This document shows, piece by piece, positions 51,746-61,210 of a stretch of DNA of 64,000 nt. Made by a program: the position numbers and the translations under genes. The stretch's first letter is position 1; each line of letters begins with the position of its first letter. The stretch comes from Planctomycetota bacterium (lineage in GTDB: Bacteria > Planctomycetota > UBA1135 > UBA2386). The DNA is taken from assembly GCA_036274315.1 (NCBI GenBank), contig DASUFY010000074.1, forward strand, positions 698 through 64,697, in the 5' to 3' direction. Below the pieces are notes generated by a model. That model saw only the letters and a program-made list of their open reading frames with translations. It was not told the origin of the DNA and did no database searches.

Positions 51746-54595
51746 TCATCCTCGCTTGCGGGACACGGGGGCACGGCGCGCGGCGGTCTTCGCCTTGGCG
51801 GCGGCCTTGATGACGGCGACCTTGGCGGTGGCTCTCGTGGGGGCCTTGCCGGCCTTCTCGCCGAGCGCGGCGGGCGAGATCAGCTTGAGGCCGGCGTTGT
51901 TGTCGTAGCCGTGGATCTCCTTCACGTCGAGCTTGCGCATGAACTCGATCGTGTCGGCGGCGATGACCTGGCCCGGCACCATGATCGGGAAGCCCGGCGG
52001 GTAGGGGATCACGAAGTTGGCCGCCACCATGGTCGGCCCGCTGCGCAGGCGCTTGTCGACCTCCGGGCTGCCGAGCTTCACGTACTCGCATTCGTCCTCG
52101 CGGTAGGCCTTGTAGAAGGCCGTGCGCATGTCGCCCTCGAGCGTGTCGCCCTTGGGGTCCTCGCGGAAGCAGTCGTGGAAGCGGCTGAAGTTCGGCAAGT
52201 TCGGCACGTCCTCCATCAGCGACTTGACGCGCGCCGCGAACGCCTTCTGCGCCGGCTCGCCACCGTTGCCGAGCTTCGCCTCGATGCCGTTGGCGATCTC
52301 GACGAGCACGCCGAGCAGGTTGGCGATGTCGCTGCGCGTGTTGTTGATGTTGGTCTGGAACAGCACCGAGTTGCGCGAGGTCTTGTTGAGCTGGATCTCG
52401 TGGTCGGCGGCCAGCAGGCCCTTGAACTGCGTGCCGTCGAAGCCGGCCGTGCCACACACGAGCGTCAGGCGCGTCGGGTCGAGCACGAACTCGTCCTTCT
52501 GGAACGACGCGAGCACGTCGGCCCAGCTGACGCCTTCGGTCAGGTAGTCCGTGAAGCCCGAGGCCCGGAACTCGGCCGGGATCATCTCGGCCGGCGTCAG
52601 GATCCTGAAGTACTTGGACAGCAGCGGGTGCGTGTTGACGTCGCGGCGCAGCTCGATCGCGAGCGCGATCGCGCGCGTGACGAGGTCGTAGCCCTCGAGC
52701 TCCATCTGCCGGCGCGCGACGTCGAGCGAGGCGATGATCTGCAGGTTGGGCGACGTCGACGCGTGCGTGAACACGGCCTCCTTGAACGGCTGGATGTGCT
52801 TGTTGAAGTCCTGGTCGCCGACCAGCACCATCGAGCCCTGTCGCAGCGACGACATCGACTTGTGCGTCGAGTTCGTCTGGTAGACGCGCAGGCGGACCTG
52901 GCGCGGATCCGGGACCAGCCGCCGCTGCAGCACGCGCTTGTCCTTCGGATCGAGGTCCTTGCCGAGGTCCTTCTCCTGGGCCAGGTAGCGCTGCAGGCAC
53001 GCGGGGTCGGCGAACTCCTGCTGCAGCATGGCGCGCGCGCCCATCGCCGTGCGCCGCCGGTACATCCACGACCAGCGCGCGAAGCCGAACCACGCCTCGT
53101 CCCAGAGGAAGATCAGGTCCGGCTTGATGGCGAGGCACTCCTCCATCACGCGCTTCGTGTCGTACATGTGGCCGTCGAAGGTCACGTTGGTCAGCGCGAG
53201 CATCTTGACGCGATGCAGGCGACCCGCGGCCTTGAGGTCGAGCAGCGCCTGCTTGACTGCGCGCAGCGGCACGCTGCCGTACATCGAGTAGGCGACCAGC
53301 GGGAACGCTTCGACGTAGTAGGGCTGGGCGCCGGCGAGCACGCAGCCGTAGTGGTGCGACTTGTGGCAGTTGCGGTCGACGATCACGATGTCGCCCGGCT
53401 CGCACAGGGCCTGGTAGACCATCTTGTTCGACGTCGACGTGCCGTTCGTGACGAAGAACACGTGGTCGGCGCCGAACGCGCGCGCCGCCAGGTCCTGGGC
53501 CTTCTTGATGTTGCCCGTGGGCTCGAGCAGGCTGTCGAGGCCGCCCGTCGTCGCCGACGACTCGGCCAGGAACAGCGTCGGGCCGTAGAACTCGCCCATG
53601 TCGCGGATCCACTCCGAACGGAACACCGACTTGCCGCGCGCGATGGGCAGCGCGTGGAACGTGCCGACCGGCTTCTGCGCGTAGCGCTTCAGGTTGTCGA
53701 AGAACGGCGTCTCGAAGCGATCGGCGATGCCGGCGATCAGCGACAGGTGCAGTTCGAGCGGCTCCTCGACCTCGTAGAACACGCGGCGGATGCCGACCTC
53801 GGTGGCGCTGGCGGCGAGTTCCTCGGGACGCCGGTCGGCGAGCAGGAAGATGTCGACCTCCGGCCGCAGCGCCTTGATGACGCGCGCCAGCGTCAGGCCG
53901 AGCTCGCCGGGCATCACCTCCTCGGGCCGCACCTCGAGTGCCTGCGCCAGCACGTCGCGCAGCAGCGGGACCTGCTTGTCCGTCGCGTAGGCGAATCCTT
54001 CGTACAGCACCACCGACTGCACGCTCGCGTTCAGCAGGATCGCGAGCACGGCATCCTCGAAGCTGCCGACGAAGACCGGTTCGTAGACGAACTGGTCCTG
54101 ATGCCGGCGCACCTTGCGCACCTGTTGGCCGTGCGTCGCCCAGCGACTCGACGGGGTCGGCGTCACGAACAGCACTTCGAAGTAGGGCCGGCCGCCCGCG
54201 TCACCGCCGACGGTCGGCATCGACGGCGCCGTGCCGGTGGGCTCTTCGTCGAGATCCCACTCCGCGGGGTCGCGGCGGTAGCTGCGGTTCATCAGCGCCG
54301 TGGCGATGCGCTGCACGAGCCGCGACGTGCCGACCGCGTCGCCGTTGCGCGCGCGGTCCTGCAGCGCTCCGAGCAGGCGTTGGCCCGGGTAGGCGTAGTA
54401 GTCCTCGAGCGGCCGCAGGTCCTCGAGCGCGGCGGCGCACTTCGCCTGCAGCTGGCGCACGTCCTTGCCCGAGGCCTTGGCCGCCCACACGCGGCTCTGG
54501 TTGTTGAGGTCCGCCCAGCGATCGGTGCGGGCGAGCACGGCGGAGAACAGGTAGTCGACGCGGAGGGATGCAGCCGGGCTGGAGGTGGGGGACAT
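51746..54595 (-). CDS. large Orn/Lys/Arg decarboxylase-family PLP enzyme (949 aa)
   Basis: ORF 51746..55123 was trimmed to ATG 54595. The major-domain blocks are FHALPIARGKS, LLEPTGNIKKAQDLAARAFGADHVFFVTNGTSTSNK, DRNCHKSHHYG and the PLP-Lys motif NSTHKSMSSLRQGS. About 300 aa of N-terminal extension and a Lys/Ala-rich tail are also present. Confidence 0.9.
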   Translation of the reverse strand: MSPTSSPAASLRVDYLFSAVLARTDRWADLNNQSRVWAAKASGKDVRQLQAKCAAALEDLRPLEDYYAYPGQRLLGALQDRARNGDAVGTSRLVQRIATALMNRSYRRDPAEWDLDEEPTGTAPSMPTVGGDAGGRPYFEVLFVTPTPSSRWATHGQQVRKVRRHQDQFVYEPVFVGSFEDAVLAILLNASVQSVVLYEGFAYATDKQVPLLRDVLAQALEVRPEEVMPGELGLTLARVIKALRPEVDIFLLADRRPEELAASATEVGIRRVFYEVEEPLELHLSLIAGIADRFETPFFDNLKRYAQKPVGTFHALPIARGKSVFRSEWIRDMGEFYGPTLFLAESSATTGGLDSLLEPTGNIKKAQDLAARAFGADHVFFVTNGTSTSNKMVYQALCEPGDIVIVDRNCHKSHHYGCVLAGAQPYYVEAFPLVAYSMYGSVPLRAVKQALLDLKAAGRLHRVKMLALTNVTFDGHMYDTKRVMEECLAIKPDLIFLWDEAWFGFARWSWMYRRRTAMGARAMLQQEFADPACLQRYLAQEKDLGKDLDPKDKRVLQRRLVPDPRQVRLRVYQTNSTHKSMSSLRQGSMVLVGDQDFNKHIQPFKEAVFTHASTSPNLQIIASLDVARRQMELEGYDLVTRAIALAIELRRDVNTHPLLSKYFRILTPAEMIPAEFRASGFTDYLTEGVSWADVLASFQKDEFVLDPTRLTLVCGTAGFDGTQFKGLLAADHEIQLNKTSRNSVLFQTNINNTRSDIANLLGVLVEIANGIEAKLGNGGEPAQKAFAARVKSLMEDVPNLPNFSRFHDCFREDPKGDTLEGDMRTAFYKAYREDECEYVKLGSPEVDKRLRSGPTMVAANFVIPYPPGFPIMVPGQVIAADTIEFMRKLDVKEIHGYDNNAGLKLISPAALGEKAGKAPTRATAKVAVIKAAAKAKTAARRAPVSRKRG

Positions 54596-54711
54596 GTTCT
54601 GCTCAGGGGTCTGGACTTGCGATTGGGGTCGACGGGACGAACTCGCCGCGAGTACGTCCCGCCGCGCGACGGCGAAGGCGCGGTCGGAGGAGTCGCTTCG
54701 CCGAGGATGGC

Positions 54712-55914
54712 TCAGATGTCGAAGCGGATGGAGAACTGTATGCGGTTGGCTTCGCCGCGGGTGCCGTCCTGGTTCTCGCGCGCGCCGAACAGGTATTCGA
54801 CGCCGGTCCAGGCCCGGTCGGAGAACTGCCAGATCAGGTTGGCCGCGCCGTACTCGAGGTGCTCGACGCTCGTCGGCGGCACGCCGTTGGGCAGGTCCCC
54901 ATCGCCCCAGCTGTAGGTCACGGTGCTGCGCCACTCCGCCGACCAGTGGTGTTCGAAGCCGATCATGCCGCCGAACACGTCGATGGCCTCGAGGTTGCCC
55001 GAGCTGTCGGGTGCCGCCGTGATGCCGCCGCGGTAGCGGCCGACGCCCGGTCCGTAGGTGCCCTGCAGGAACACCTTGTCGCTCTCGCCGATGTCCTGCT
55101 TCACCGACAGGTTGGTGCCCCACAGGAACACCGTGTCGGCAGGTGACGTGGTCGGGTCGTAGCGGGCGCTGCCGGCGAACAGGCTGAGCTGCACGTGGCC
55201 ATCGCCGTGTTCCCAGCGCAGCCGTCCGGTCAGGTCGGGCGTGGCCTCTTCCATCTCACCGGGCACCGCGGGTGTGATCAGCTTCGAGGCGGGATCCTCG
55301 ACGGCCACGGCCCAGTAGCTGCCACCGTCGCCGATCTTGCTCGTGTAGCGGACCTGCGCCTGGCGGATCAGCGGGAAGGCGATCGGCGATTCGAAGTCGA
55401 GGGTCTCGGGCATGCAGTCCTCGTCCATGAACGTGGTCCAGGTCTGGCCGCCGAGCACGCCGGCGATCGTGCCGTAGGCATGGCGCAGCCGGAACGCGTT
55501 GCCGTCGCCGAAGAAGTCACCCTCGATGTAGATGCGGACGTCGCCGGCCGTGGTCGGACCGCGCACGTCGAGGTTCAATCGCGTCTCGCGCGCATGGATG
55601 CGCGTGTTGACGCCCGGATCGGACTCGTCGTTGGTGGGGATCGTGCGCGGATCGAAGCTGTCGGTGGAGCCGATCTCGTTGAAGTCGTGGATGACGTCGA
55701 CCTTGACGCGCCCGCCGAACTTGACCTTGAAGTCACCGATCTGCGTCTCGATGCCCTTGGGGCGAGCCGCCGGCTTCTCGGTCGGGGCCGGCTGCTGGGC
55801 CGGGGCCGGCGGTTCCTGGGGCGTCGCCGACGATCCGGCACCAGGACCCTGGGCCGGCAGGTGGGAGAGGGCGAGTGCGGAGACGGCCGTGGCGATGCGT
55901 TGCAGGTTCCACAT
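54712..55914 (-). CDS. outer-membrane porin (DcaP-like pattern, 400 aa)
   Basis: ORF 54712..55992 was trimmed to ATG 55914. The signal is IATAVSALALSHLPAQG. A Pro/Ala/Gln linker follows, then the barrel (FKVKFGGRVKVDVIHDF, TRLNLDVRG, AFRLRHAYG). The specific family name is tentative. Confidence 0.7.
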   Translation of the reverse strand: MWNLQRIATAVSALALSHLPAQGPGAGSSATPQEPPAPAQQPAPTEKPAARPKGIETQIGDFKVKFGGRVKVDVIHDFNEIGSTDSFDPRTIPTNDESDPGVNTRIHARETRLNLDVRGPTTAGDVRIYIEGDFFGDGNAFRLRHAYGTIAGVLGGQTWTTFMDEDCMPETLDFESPIAFPLIRQAQVRYTSKIGDGGSYWAVAVEDPASKLITPAVPGEMEEATPDLTGRLRWEHGDGHVQLSLFAGSARYDPTTSPADTVFLWGTNLSVKQDIGESDKVFLQGTYGPGVGRYRGGITAAPDSSGNLEAIDVFGGMIGFEHHWSAEWRSTVTYSWGDGDLPNGVPPTSVEHLEYGAANLIWQFSDRAWTGVEYLFGARENQDGTRGEANRIQFSIRFDI

Positions 55915-56269
55915 GATGACTCCTGTCCGTGGCGGGGGGGACGTCGAGCCGGGCGTCTGCAGGCACGGGAGAGGTGGCTCATCCCGGTCCAATCGGTCGC
56001 GATGCTAGCCAGCACATCGGCCGCTCGCCACAGAACGAGTGGCAGTTCCGGTCCCGCATGGTGCGCAGGAGAGGAGGTCCCGATCCTTGCCGTGCGCCGC
56101 GAGACCGAGCCGGCGCCCTGCTCCGCGTCGCCAGCCTCGATCACCGGGCTGCGTGACGCAGGCGGTGCACAAAGCCCGATCGGCGGGTGACCGGGGCGTC
56201 TATGGTTGGCCGGGCGGCGTTCACAGTGGGCGCTGCTTCGCCCCCCATCCTTCCCCGGCTGTCTCACCC

Positions 56270-56548
56270 ATGAAGAAGAACGCCCTCGTCGCACTCGCTC
56301 TCGCCTGCTGCCTCAGCTCGACCTCCTGCGTCGGACCGAACCACATGTACAACGGGCTTGCCTCGTGGAACACGCGTGTCTCGGATTCGAAGTGGATCAA
56401 CGAGGTGCTCTACGTCTGCCTCTGGGCCATCCCCGTCTACCCGATCACGTTCACTCTGGATGCTCTGATCTTCAACGCCTTCGAGTTCTGGGGCGGTGAG
56501 AATCCGATCGGCGAGCCGGCCGACTTCGAGACACAGGCGAAGAAGTAG
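56270..56548 (+). CDS. small lipoprotein (92 aa), DUF3332-like
   Basis: This is the tail of ORF 56039..56548, starting at ATG 56270. The lipobox is LALACCLSSTSC. WNTRVSDSKWINEVLYVCLWAIPVYPITFTLDALIFNAFEFWGGENP resembles DUF3332 as I recall it. Confidence 0.7.
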   Translation: MKKNALVALALACCLSSTSCVGPNHMYNGLASWNTRVSDSKWINEVLYVCLWAIPVYPITFTLDALIFNAFEFWGGENPIGEPADFETQAKK

Positions 56549-56626
56549 CAAGCAGCGCGGCCTGCCGCGGCCGACAGCCTCGACTCGCTGCACCGACGTC
56601 GACGCCAGGCGTCGTTGTCACGTAGA

Positions 56627-57337
56627 TCAGTTCTTGTCGTCGCCTGGCGGCGGCTCGGCGCCGGGGGGCGCGGCCCGCCGTCGCCGCCACTCGGTGACCG
56701 GTCGCGTGCGCCAGTTGTAGGCGATCGCCAGCACGCGGAACGTGAAGGTCAGGCCGATCGCCGCCCATGCAGCGTGCGCCGTGCTCAGCGGCGTGTGCAG
56801 CACCAGCAGGATGAAGACGATGCAGCCCATCATCGACGCGAGCACGTAGAGCTGGCCCGGCTTCAGCAGCAGCGGCTCCTCGCGCGTGATCAGGTCGCGC
56901 AGCAGGCCGCCGCCGCTGGCATTGACGACGCCGACGAGCACGGCCGCCGGATACGAGAGGCCGGCGGCGAGCGACAGGCAGGTGCCGAAGACCCCGTAGG
57001 CGCCGAGCCCGACCGCGTCGATCAGCGCGATCACGCGCTGGAACCGCTCGAGGCGCAGGCCGAGGATCCAGCCGACGCCGGCACCGGCCAGCACGGCGGC
57101 GAGGTAGCGCCAGTCGCGGGTCAGCGCCGGCGGGCCGTTCTGCAGGAAGATGCCGTCGCGGATCAGGGCACCACCGAGGCCGCTGATCAACGACATCGCG
57201 AACAGGCCGACCAGATCGTAGCCGCGCTTCACCGCGACGACCGCGCCGGTCACGGCGAAGAAGAACACCGCACCGATGTCGAACGCCGGCGGCAGCTGGA
57301 ACAGGTACCGCTGCAGGCTGTCTTGCGCGCTGATCAT
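56627..57337 (-). CDS. trimeric intracellular cation channel (TRIC/UPF0126, YadS-like) family protein (236 aa)
   Basis: Two internal repeats each carry the Gly-rich signature: ISGLGGALIRD and ASGGGLLRD. There are about 7 TM segments. Confidence 0.85.
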   Translation of the reverse strand: MISAQDSLQRYLFQLPPAFDIGAVFFFAVTGAVVAVKRGYDLVGLFAMSLISGLGGALIRDGIFLQNGPPALTRDWRYLAAVLAGAGVGWILGLRLERFQRVIALIDAVGLGAYGVFGTCLSLAAGLSYPAAVLVGVVNASGGGLLRDLITREEPLLLKPGQLYVLASMMGCIVFILLVLHTPLSTAHAAWAAIGLTFTFRVLAIAYNWRTRPVTEWRRRRAAPPGAEPPPGDDKN

Positions 57338-57431
57338 CGAGGGTGATGCCTCGCGTGGAACGATGCGTGTTCGTCAGCGGCCGCCGGGGTCAGCCCGACG
57401 GCCCACGCGGCGCCATGCCCTCGGCGCGTGG

Positions 57432-58331
57432 CTAGCCGCCGGTGACGGTCGGACGCCACGACTCGTCGGGGTCGTAGCTGTCGATCTTCTTCGCGGCCGA
57501 CGCCGTGTCGGCCCCGAGATCGCGTTCGAAGACGATGCCCTGCTGGTTGACGAGGAACGTCATCACGCCGGAGTTGCCGTACGTCGCGGGCCAGGCCAGG
57601 AACGCGAACCCGAAGCGCAGCGCGCCGTCCTTGTCCTCGTAGTCGCGCGCGCCACCGGGCGCGTCGGCGCCCTGGCGCGTGAGGATGCGGTAGTAGTAGC
57701 CCTGGTACGGGGCTGGCTCGCTCGCCTCGGTGCGATCGTAGCCCTGCGTGGCAGCTTCGGCGACCAGCGGGCCGAGCGGGCTCGGCGTCTCGCCTTCGCC
57801 GACCGGCCAGTAGAGGCCATCCTTCTTGCCAGGGCTGCTGAGGACCTTGGCGGCGTACATGGAGCCCTTCGCGTCGGAGGTCAGCGCGGCGTACTCACGT
57901 TCGGCCTCGACGCAGGCGCGCAGCGTCTCGATGGTCGACAGCTCGTTGCGACCGACCCGGCGGCTCAGGATCTCGTCGAGGCCCGCCTCGACGTCGAAGC
58001 GCCAGCGATCGCCCACCTTGACCAGCGGCAGCGGCAGCGGCCAGCCGTCGTTGCCGAGCAGCGCCGTGCACACGTCGCCATCGGTCGCGAAGGCGACCTT
58101 CTCGCGGATCAGGCCGCGCACGGTGTCGATGTCCTCGTGGTCGGCGACCTCGTCGCCGGAACGCAGCGCCTCGAAGCCGCCGGGGCCGAGCAGCTCCTCG
58201 GCGCGCGCCTTGTCCTCGGCGCTGTCGACGAGCGCCTGCACGGCGGCTTCGGGAGACTCGAACGTGAGGGGCGCGGACGCGCACGCGGGCACGAACAACG
58301 CCAGCAAGATCGGAAGGTGGATCCGTGTCAT
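57432..58331 (-). CDS. DUF2950 family secreted protein (299 aa)
   Basis: ORF 57432..58613 was trimmed to ATG 58331. The signal is ILLALFVPACASA. Family blocks are SSPGKKDGLYWP, PYQGYYYRILTRQG..APGGA, FAFLAWPATYGNSGVMTFLVNQQG. It follows the DUF3300 gene, which is its usual partner. Confidence 0.85.
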   Translation of the reverse strand: MTRIHLPILLALFVPACASAPLTFESPEAAVQALVDSAEDKARAEELLGPGGFEALRSGDEVADHEDIDTVRGLIREKVAFATDGDVCTALLGNDGWPLPLPLVKVGDRWRFDVEAGLDEILSRRVGRNELSTIETLRACVEAEREYAALTSDAKGSMYAAKVLSSPGKKDGLYWPVGEGETPSPLGPLVAEAATQGYDRTEASEPAPYQGYYYRILTRQGADAPGGARDYEDKDGALRFGFAFLAWPATYGNSGVMTFLVNQQGIVFERDLGADTASAAKKIDSYDPDESWRPTVTGG

Positions 58332-58356
58332 GGGGTCTCTCCTGTGGGCTTGGGCA

Positions 58357-59691
58357 TCAGCGACCGCGACCGCCGCCGCGACCGCCGCCGCCACGCGAAC
58401 CGCCGCTGCGCGAACCGCTCGAACGCGTGCCGCGCGAACTGGCGCCCCGGCTGCTCGAGGCGCGCGCGGTGCTCGCGCTCTTGCTGCCGCTGAAGCTGCC
58501 GCTGCGTTGGCCCGTCGACTTGTTGGTGCGCGACGTCGAACCCGCGGTGCCCGTGCTCGGGCGCGTCGATGGAGTCGTGCGGGGCGTCGTGCCCGCACTC
58601 GGGCGGGCCGCATTCCCGGCGCCGCCGCGGTTCGCCGGCTGCGTGCCCGCGGAGGGTCCGTAGCCGCGCGCCTGGTCGCGGCTCACGCGGTTCGACGTGC
58701 CGGCACCGCCGAACTGTTTGGCCGTCGCGTTGTCGCGATAGCCGACGCCCTTGCGGTGCGATGGGTCGTGCTGCCACTTGTTGTTGCCGCCGCCGCCCGA
58801 CGGGCGGTTCGAGGGCCGGTTGCCGCCGAAGTTGTTGTCCGTGCGGCCGCCGAAGTTGTTCTGGCGGTCGATGTCGATGTTGACGTTGTTGTTGCCGCCG
58901 TGGCCCCAGTGGCAACCGCCCCAGATCGCCGCGCCCCAGGCGACGCCGACGGCGAACGAGAACGCGGCGTAGCCGGGCGGGTAGGCCGGGTACATCGCCG
59001 GGTAGTAGTAGGACGGGTAGCCCCAGCCGGGGTAGACGGCCGTCGGGTAGTACGTGGGCACGTAGACGACCTCGGGGCTCGTCGACTCGATCACGATCAC
59101 CTTGTCCTCGCGTTGCTCGACCTTCTGCTCCTTGGAGGTCTTCAGGTTGCCGGACTCGTACGCCTTGCGCCGCATGACCTGGACGGCGTCCATGAGCGCG
59201 GACTGGTCGGCGAGGAAGGCGTCACCGAGATCCTGCGTCCACTCGAGGTTGTCGTTCATGCGCTTCAGCACGCTCTGCAGGCCGCAGATCGACTTGACGC
59301 TCGGGTCCCAGTCCTTGTCCTTGAGCGCCTTCTCGAGCGCCTCGCCCTGCAGCGACGGGTTCTTCTGCTGCCAGCGCGCGGCCTCGACGATCTCGAGCGG
59401 GTACGTGGAAGCCATCAACACCTGCGCCAGCAGGCCGTCGTCGTAGAGTGCGATCGGCGCGACGAGCTGCTCGAGCTTCTCCTTGGGGATCGGCGCGGCC
59501 TTGGCCGCGTCCTGTGCGCCTTCCTTCGGCGGGGTCTTCGCCGGTTCCTGCGGCTTGGCGTCCGCGGGGGCGGGATTCTGGGCCGCGGCGGCCGGCGGCT
59601 TCGCGGCCGCTGCCGGCGGCTTCGGTTCCTGGGCTGGAACGGCCGCACCGAACAGCAGCAGTGCGGCGACGTGGGAGGTTCGGGTCAGCAT
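58357..59691 (-). CDS. DUF3300 family secreted protein with a long Gly/Ser/Arg low-complexity tail (444 aa)
   Basis: The signal is VAALLLFGAAVPAQ. Family blocks are LVAPIALYDDGLLAQVLMASTYPLEIVEAARW, WDPSVKSICGLQSVLKRM, and VVYVPTYYP. The last roughly 180 aa are N/G/S/T/R-rich and end in GGSRGGGGRGGGRGR. Confidence 0.85.
   Translation of the reverse strand: MLTRTSHVAALLLFGAAVPAQEPKPPAAAAKPPAAAAQNPAPADAKPQEPAKTPPKEGAQDAAKAAPIPKEKLEQLVAPIALYDDGLLAQVLMASTYPLEIVEAARWQQKNPSLQGEALEKALKDKDWDPSVKSICGLQSVLKRMNDNLEWTQDLGDAFLADQSALMDAVQVMRRKAYESGNLKTSKEQKVEQREDKVIVIESTSPEVVYVPTYYPTAVYPGWGYPSYYYPAMYPAYPPGYAAFSFAVGVAWGAAIWGGCHWGHGGNNNVNIDIDRQNNFGGRTDNNFGGNRPSNRPSGGGGNNKWQHDPSHRKGVGYRDNATAKQFGGAGTSNRVSRDQARGYGPSAGTQPANRGGAGNAARPSAGTTPRTTPSTRPSTGTAGSTSRTNKSTGQRSGSFSGSKSASTARASSSRGASSRGTRSSGSRSGGSRGGGGRGGGRGR
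58360..58620 (-). repeat. low-complexity coding repeat (Ser/Arg/Gly-rich tail of the DUF3300 protein)
   Basis: Imperfect CGNCCGCCG/CGNGAACC-type periodicity encodes ...SGSKSASTARASSSRGASSRGTRSSGSRSGGSRGGGGRGGGRGR. Confidence 0.6.
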
Positions 59692-59760
59692 GTCGTGTTC
59701 GTCCTGGTCAACATGGTGCGACGTTGGAAGCGTAGGGCGGTGCGGCCGCAGGGCACGCCA

Positions 59761-61209
59761 TCATCCCCCCGCCGGCGGCGGCTCGCCAGTCGGCGGTGCG
59801 GCCGCTGCGGGTTCGGCAGGCCAGCCGCCGCCGAGCGCCTTGTACAGCTGGATCAGCGAGACGTACTGGTCGCGGATCGCCTCGGCCTCGCTGAGCTCCG
59901 AATCGAGCAGCGAACGCTGGGCGTCGAGCACGTCGAGGTAGGGCGCGACGTCGCCGCGGTAGCGGACCTCGGCGAGGGCCAGGACCTGGCGCTCGGCCGC
60001 GACGCGGCTCGACTCCGAACTGCGCCGTTCGCCGAACTTGCGGTACCCGACCAGCGAGTCCTCGACCTCGCGCAGCGCGCGCAGGATCGCCTGCTCGTAG
60101 GCGGCCAGCGTCTGGCGCTCGAGCGACTCGGCGACCTCGACGCGACTCTGCAGCTGGCCCGAGTTGAAGATCGGTTGCAGCAGGTTGGCGCCCAGCGACC
60201 AGGTGCGCGCCGGCGCGGTCGCGAGATCCTGCAGCTCGGTGCTCTCGAACCCGAAGAAGCCGGTCAACGAGATCGACGGGTAGAGCAGCGCCTTCGCTTC
60301 GCCGATGCGCGCGTTGGCCGCGACGAGGTCCTGCTCGGCGGCGGCGAGGTCGGGCCGCCGCTGCAGCAGTTCGGACGGCAGACCGGCCGGGACCTGCGGC
60401 GGCAGCGGCATCGTGGCGACGGCGGCGCCGCGCGGGATCGGACCCGGGTTGCGGCCGAGCAGCAGGTTGAGCTCGTTCTCCTTCTGCGTCACGAGGCGCT
60501 CGAAGTCGTGCATCTGCGCTTCCGTGCGGTGCAGTTCGGCCTCCGCCTGCCGGAAGTCGAGTTCGGAGGTCAGGCCGCCTTCGTAGCGGATGCGCACGAG
60601 CTCGAGGTACTGGCGCCGAGACAGCACCGTCGCGTTTGCGATCTCGAGGCGCCGGTCGAAGTCGCGCAACTCGACGTAGGCCTGCGCGACGTCCCCGACG
60701 AGGGCCAGCACGATCGCGGCGCGCGCATGCTCGGTGCTGAACAGGATCGCCTGCTGCGCCTCGGAGGCGCGCCGGATGCGGCCGAACAGGTCGATCTCCC
60801 AGGACGCCGAGGCCCCGGCGCCGTAGACGCTGCGCTGGATGTCGGCGCCCGTGGGGCCGTTCGGCAGGCTCTCTTCGCTGATGCGTTCGGTCCGGGCGCC
60901 GGCGCCGACGTCGACCTTCGGCCACAGGTCGGCGCGCGTGAAGCCGTAGCGGGCCCGGGCCTCTTCGATGCGTTCGACGGCGATCCTGAGGTCGAGATTG
61001 TGTTCGAGCGCCGTCTTGATCAGGTCGTGCAGCACCGGATCCGGGTAGAGCTCCCACCAGGGCACGTTGGCCAGCGACTCACCCTGCTTGCCCTCGAGTT
61101 CGCGCCAGCCCTGCGGCATCGCGATCTCGGGCGGCGCGTAGTCGGGGCCGACGGTGCAGCCGTTCGGCGCGAGCCCCAGGAGACAGACCACGAGCAGTCG
61201 GCGGTTCAT
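59761..61209 (-). CDS. RND efflux outer-membrane factor lipoprotein (NodT family, 482 aa)
   Basis: The lipobox and family opening is LLGLAPNGCTVGPDYAPP. Two OEP repeats are present. The ATG lies 1 nt after the RND permease stop. Confidence 0.95.
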   Translation of the reverse strand: MNRRLLVVCLLGLAPNGCTVGPDYAPPEIAMPQGWRELEGKQGESLANVPWWELYPDPVLHDLIKTALEHNLDLRIAVERIEEARARYGFTRADLWPKVDVGAGARTERISEESLPNGPTGADIQRSVYGAGASASWEIDLFGRIRRASEAQQAILFSTEHARAAIVLALVGDVAQAYVELRDFDRRLEIANATVLSRRQYLELVRIRYEGGLTSELDFRQAEAELHRTEAQMHDFERLVTQKENELNLLLGRNPGPIPRGAAVATMPLPPQVPAGLPSELLQRRPDLAAAEQDLVAANARIGEAKALLYPSISLTGFFGFESTELQDLATAPARTWSLGANLLQPIFNSGQLQSRVEVAESLERQTLAAYEQAILRALREVEDSLVGYRKFGERRSSESSRVAAERQVLALAEVRYRGDVAPYLDVLDAQRSLLDSELSEAEAIRDQYVSLIQLYKALGGGWPAEPAAAAPPTGEPPPAGG

Positions 61210-61210
61210 G

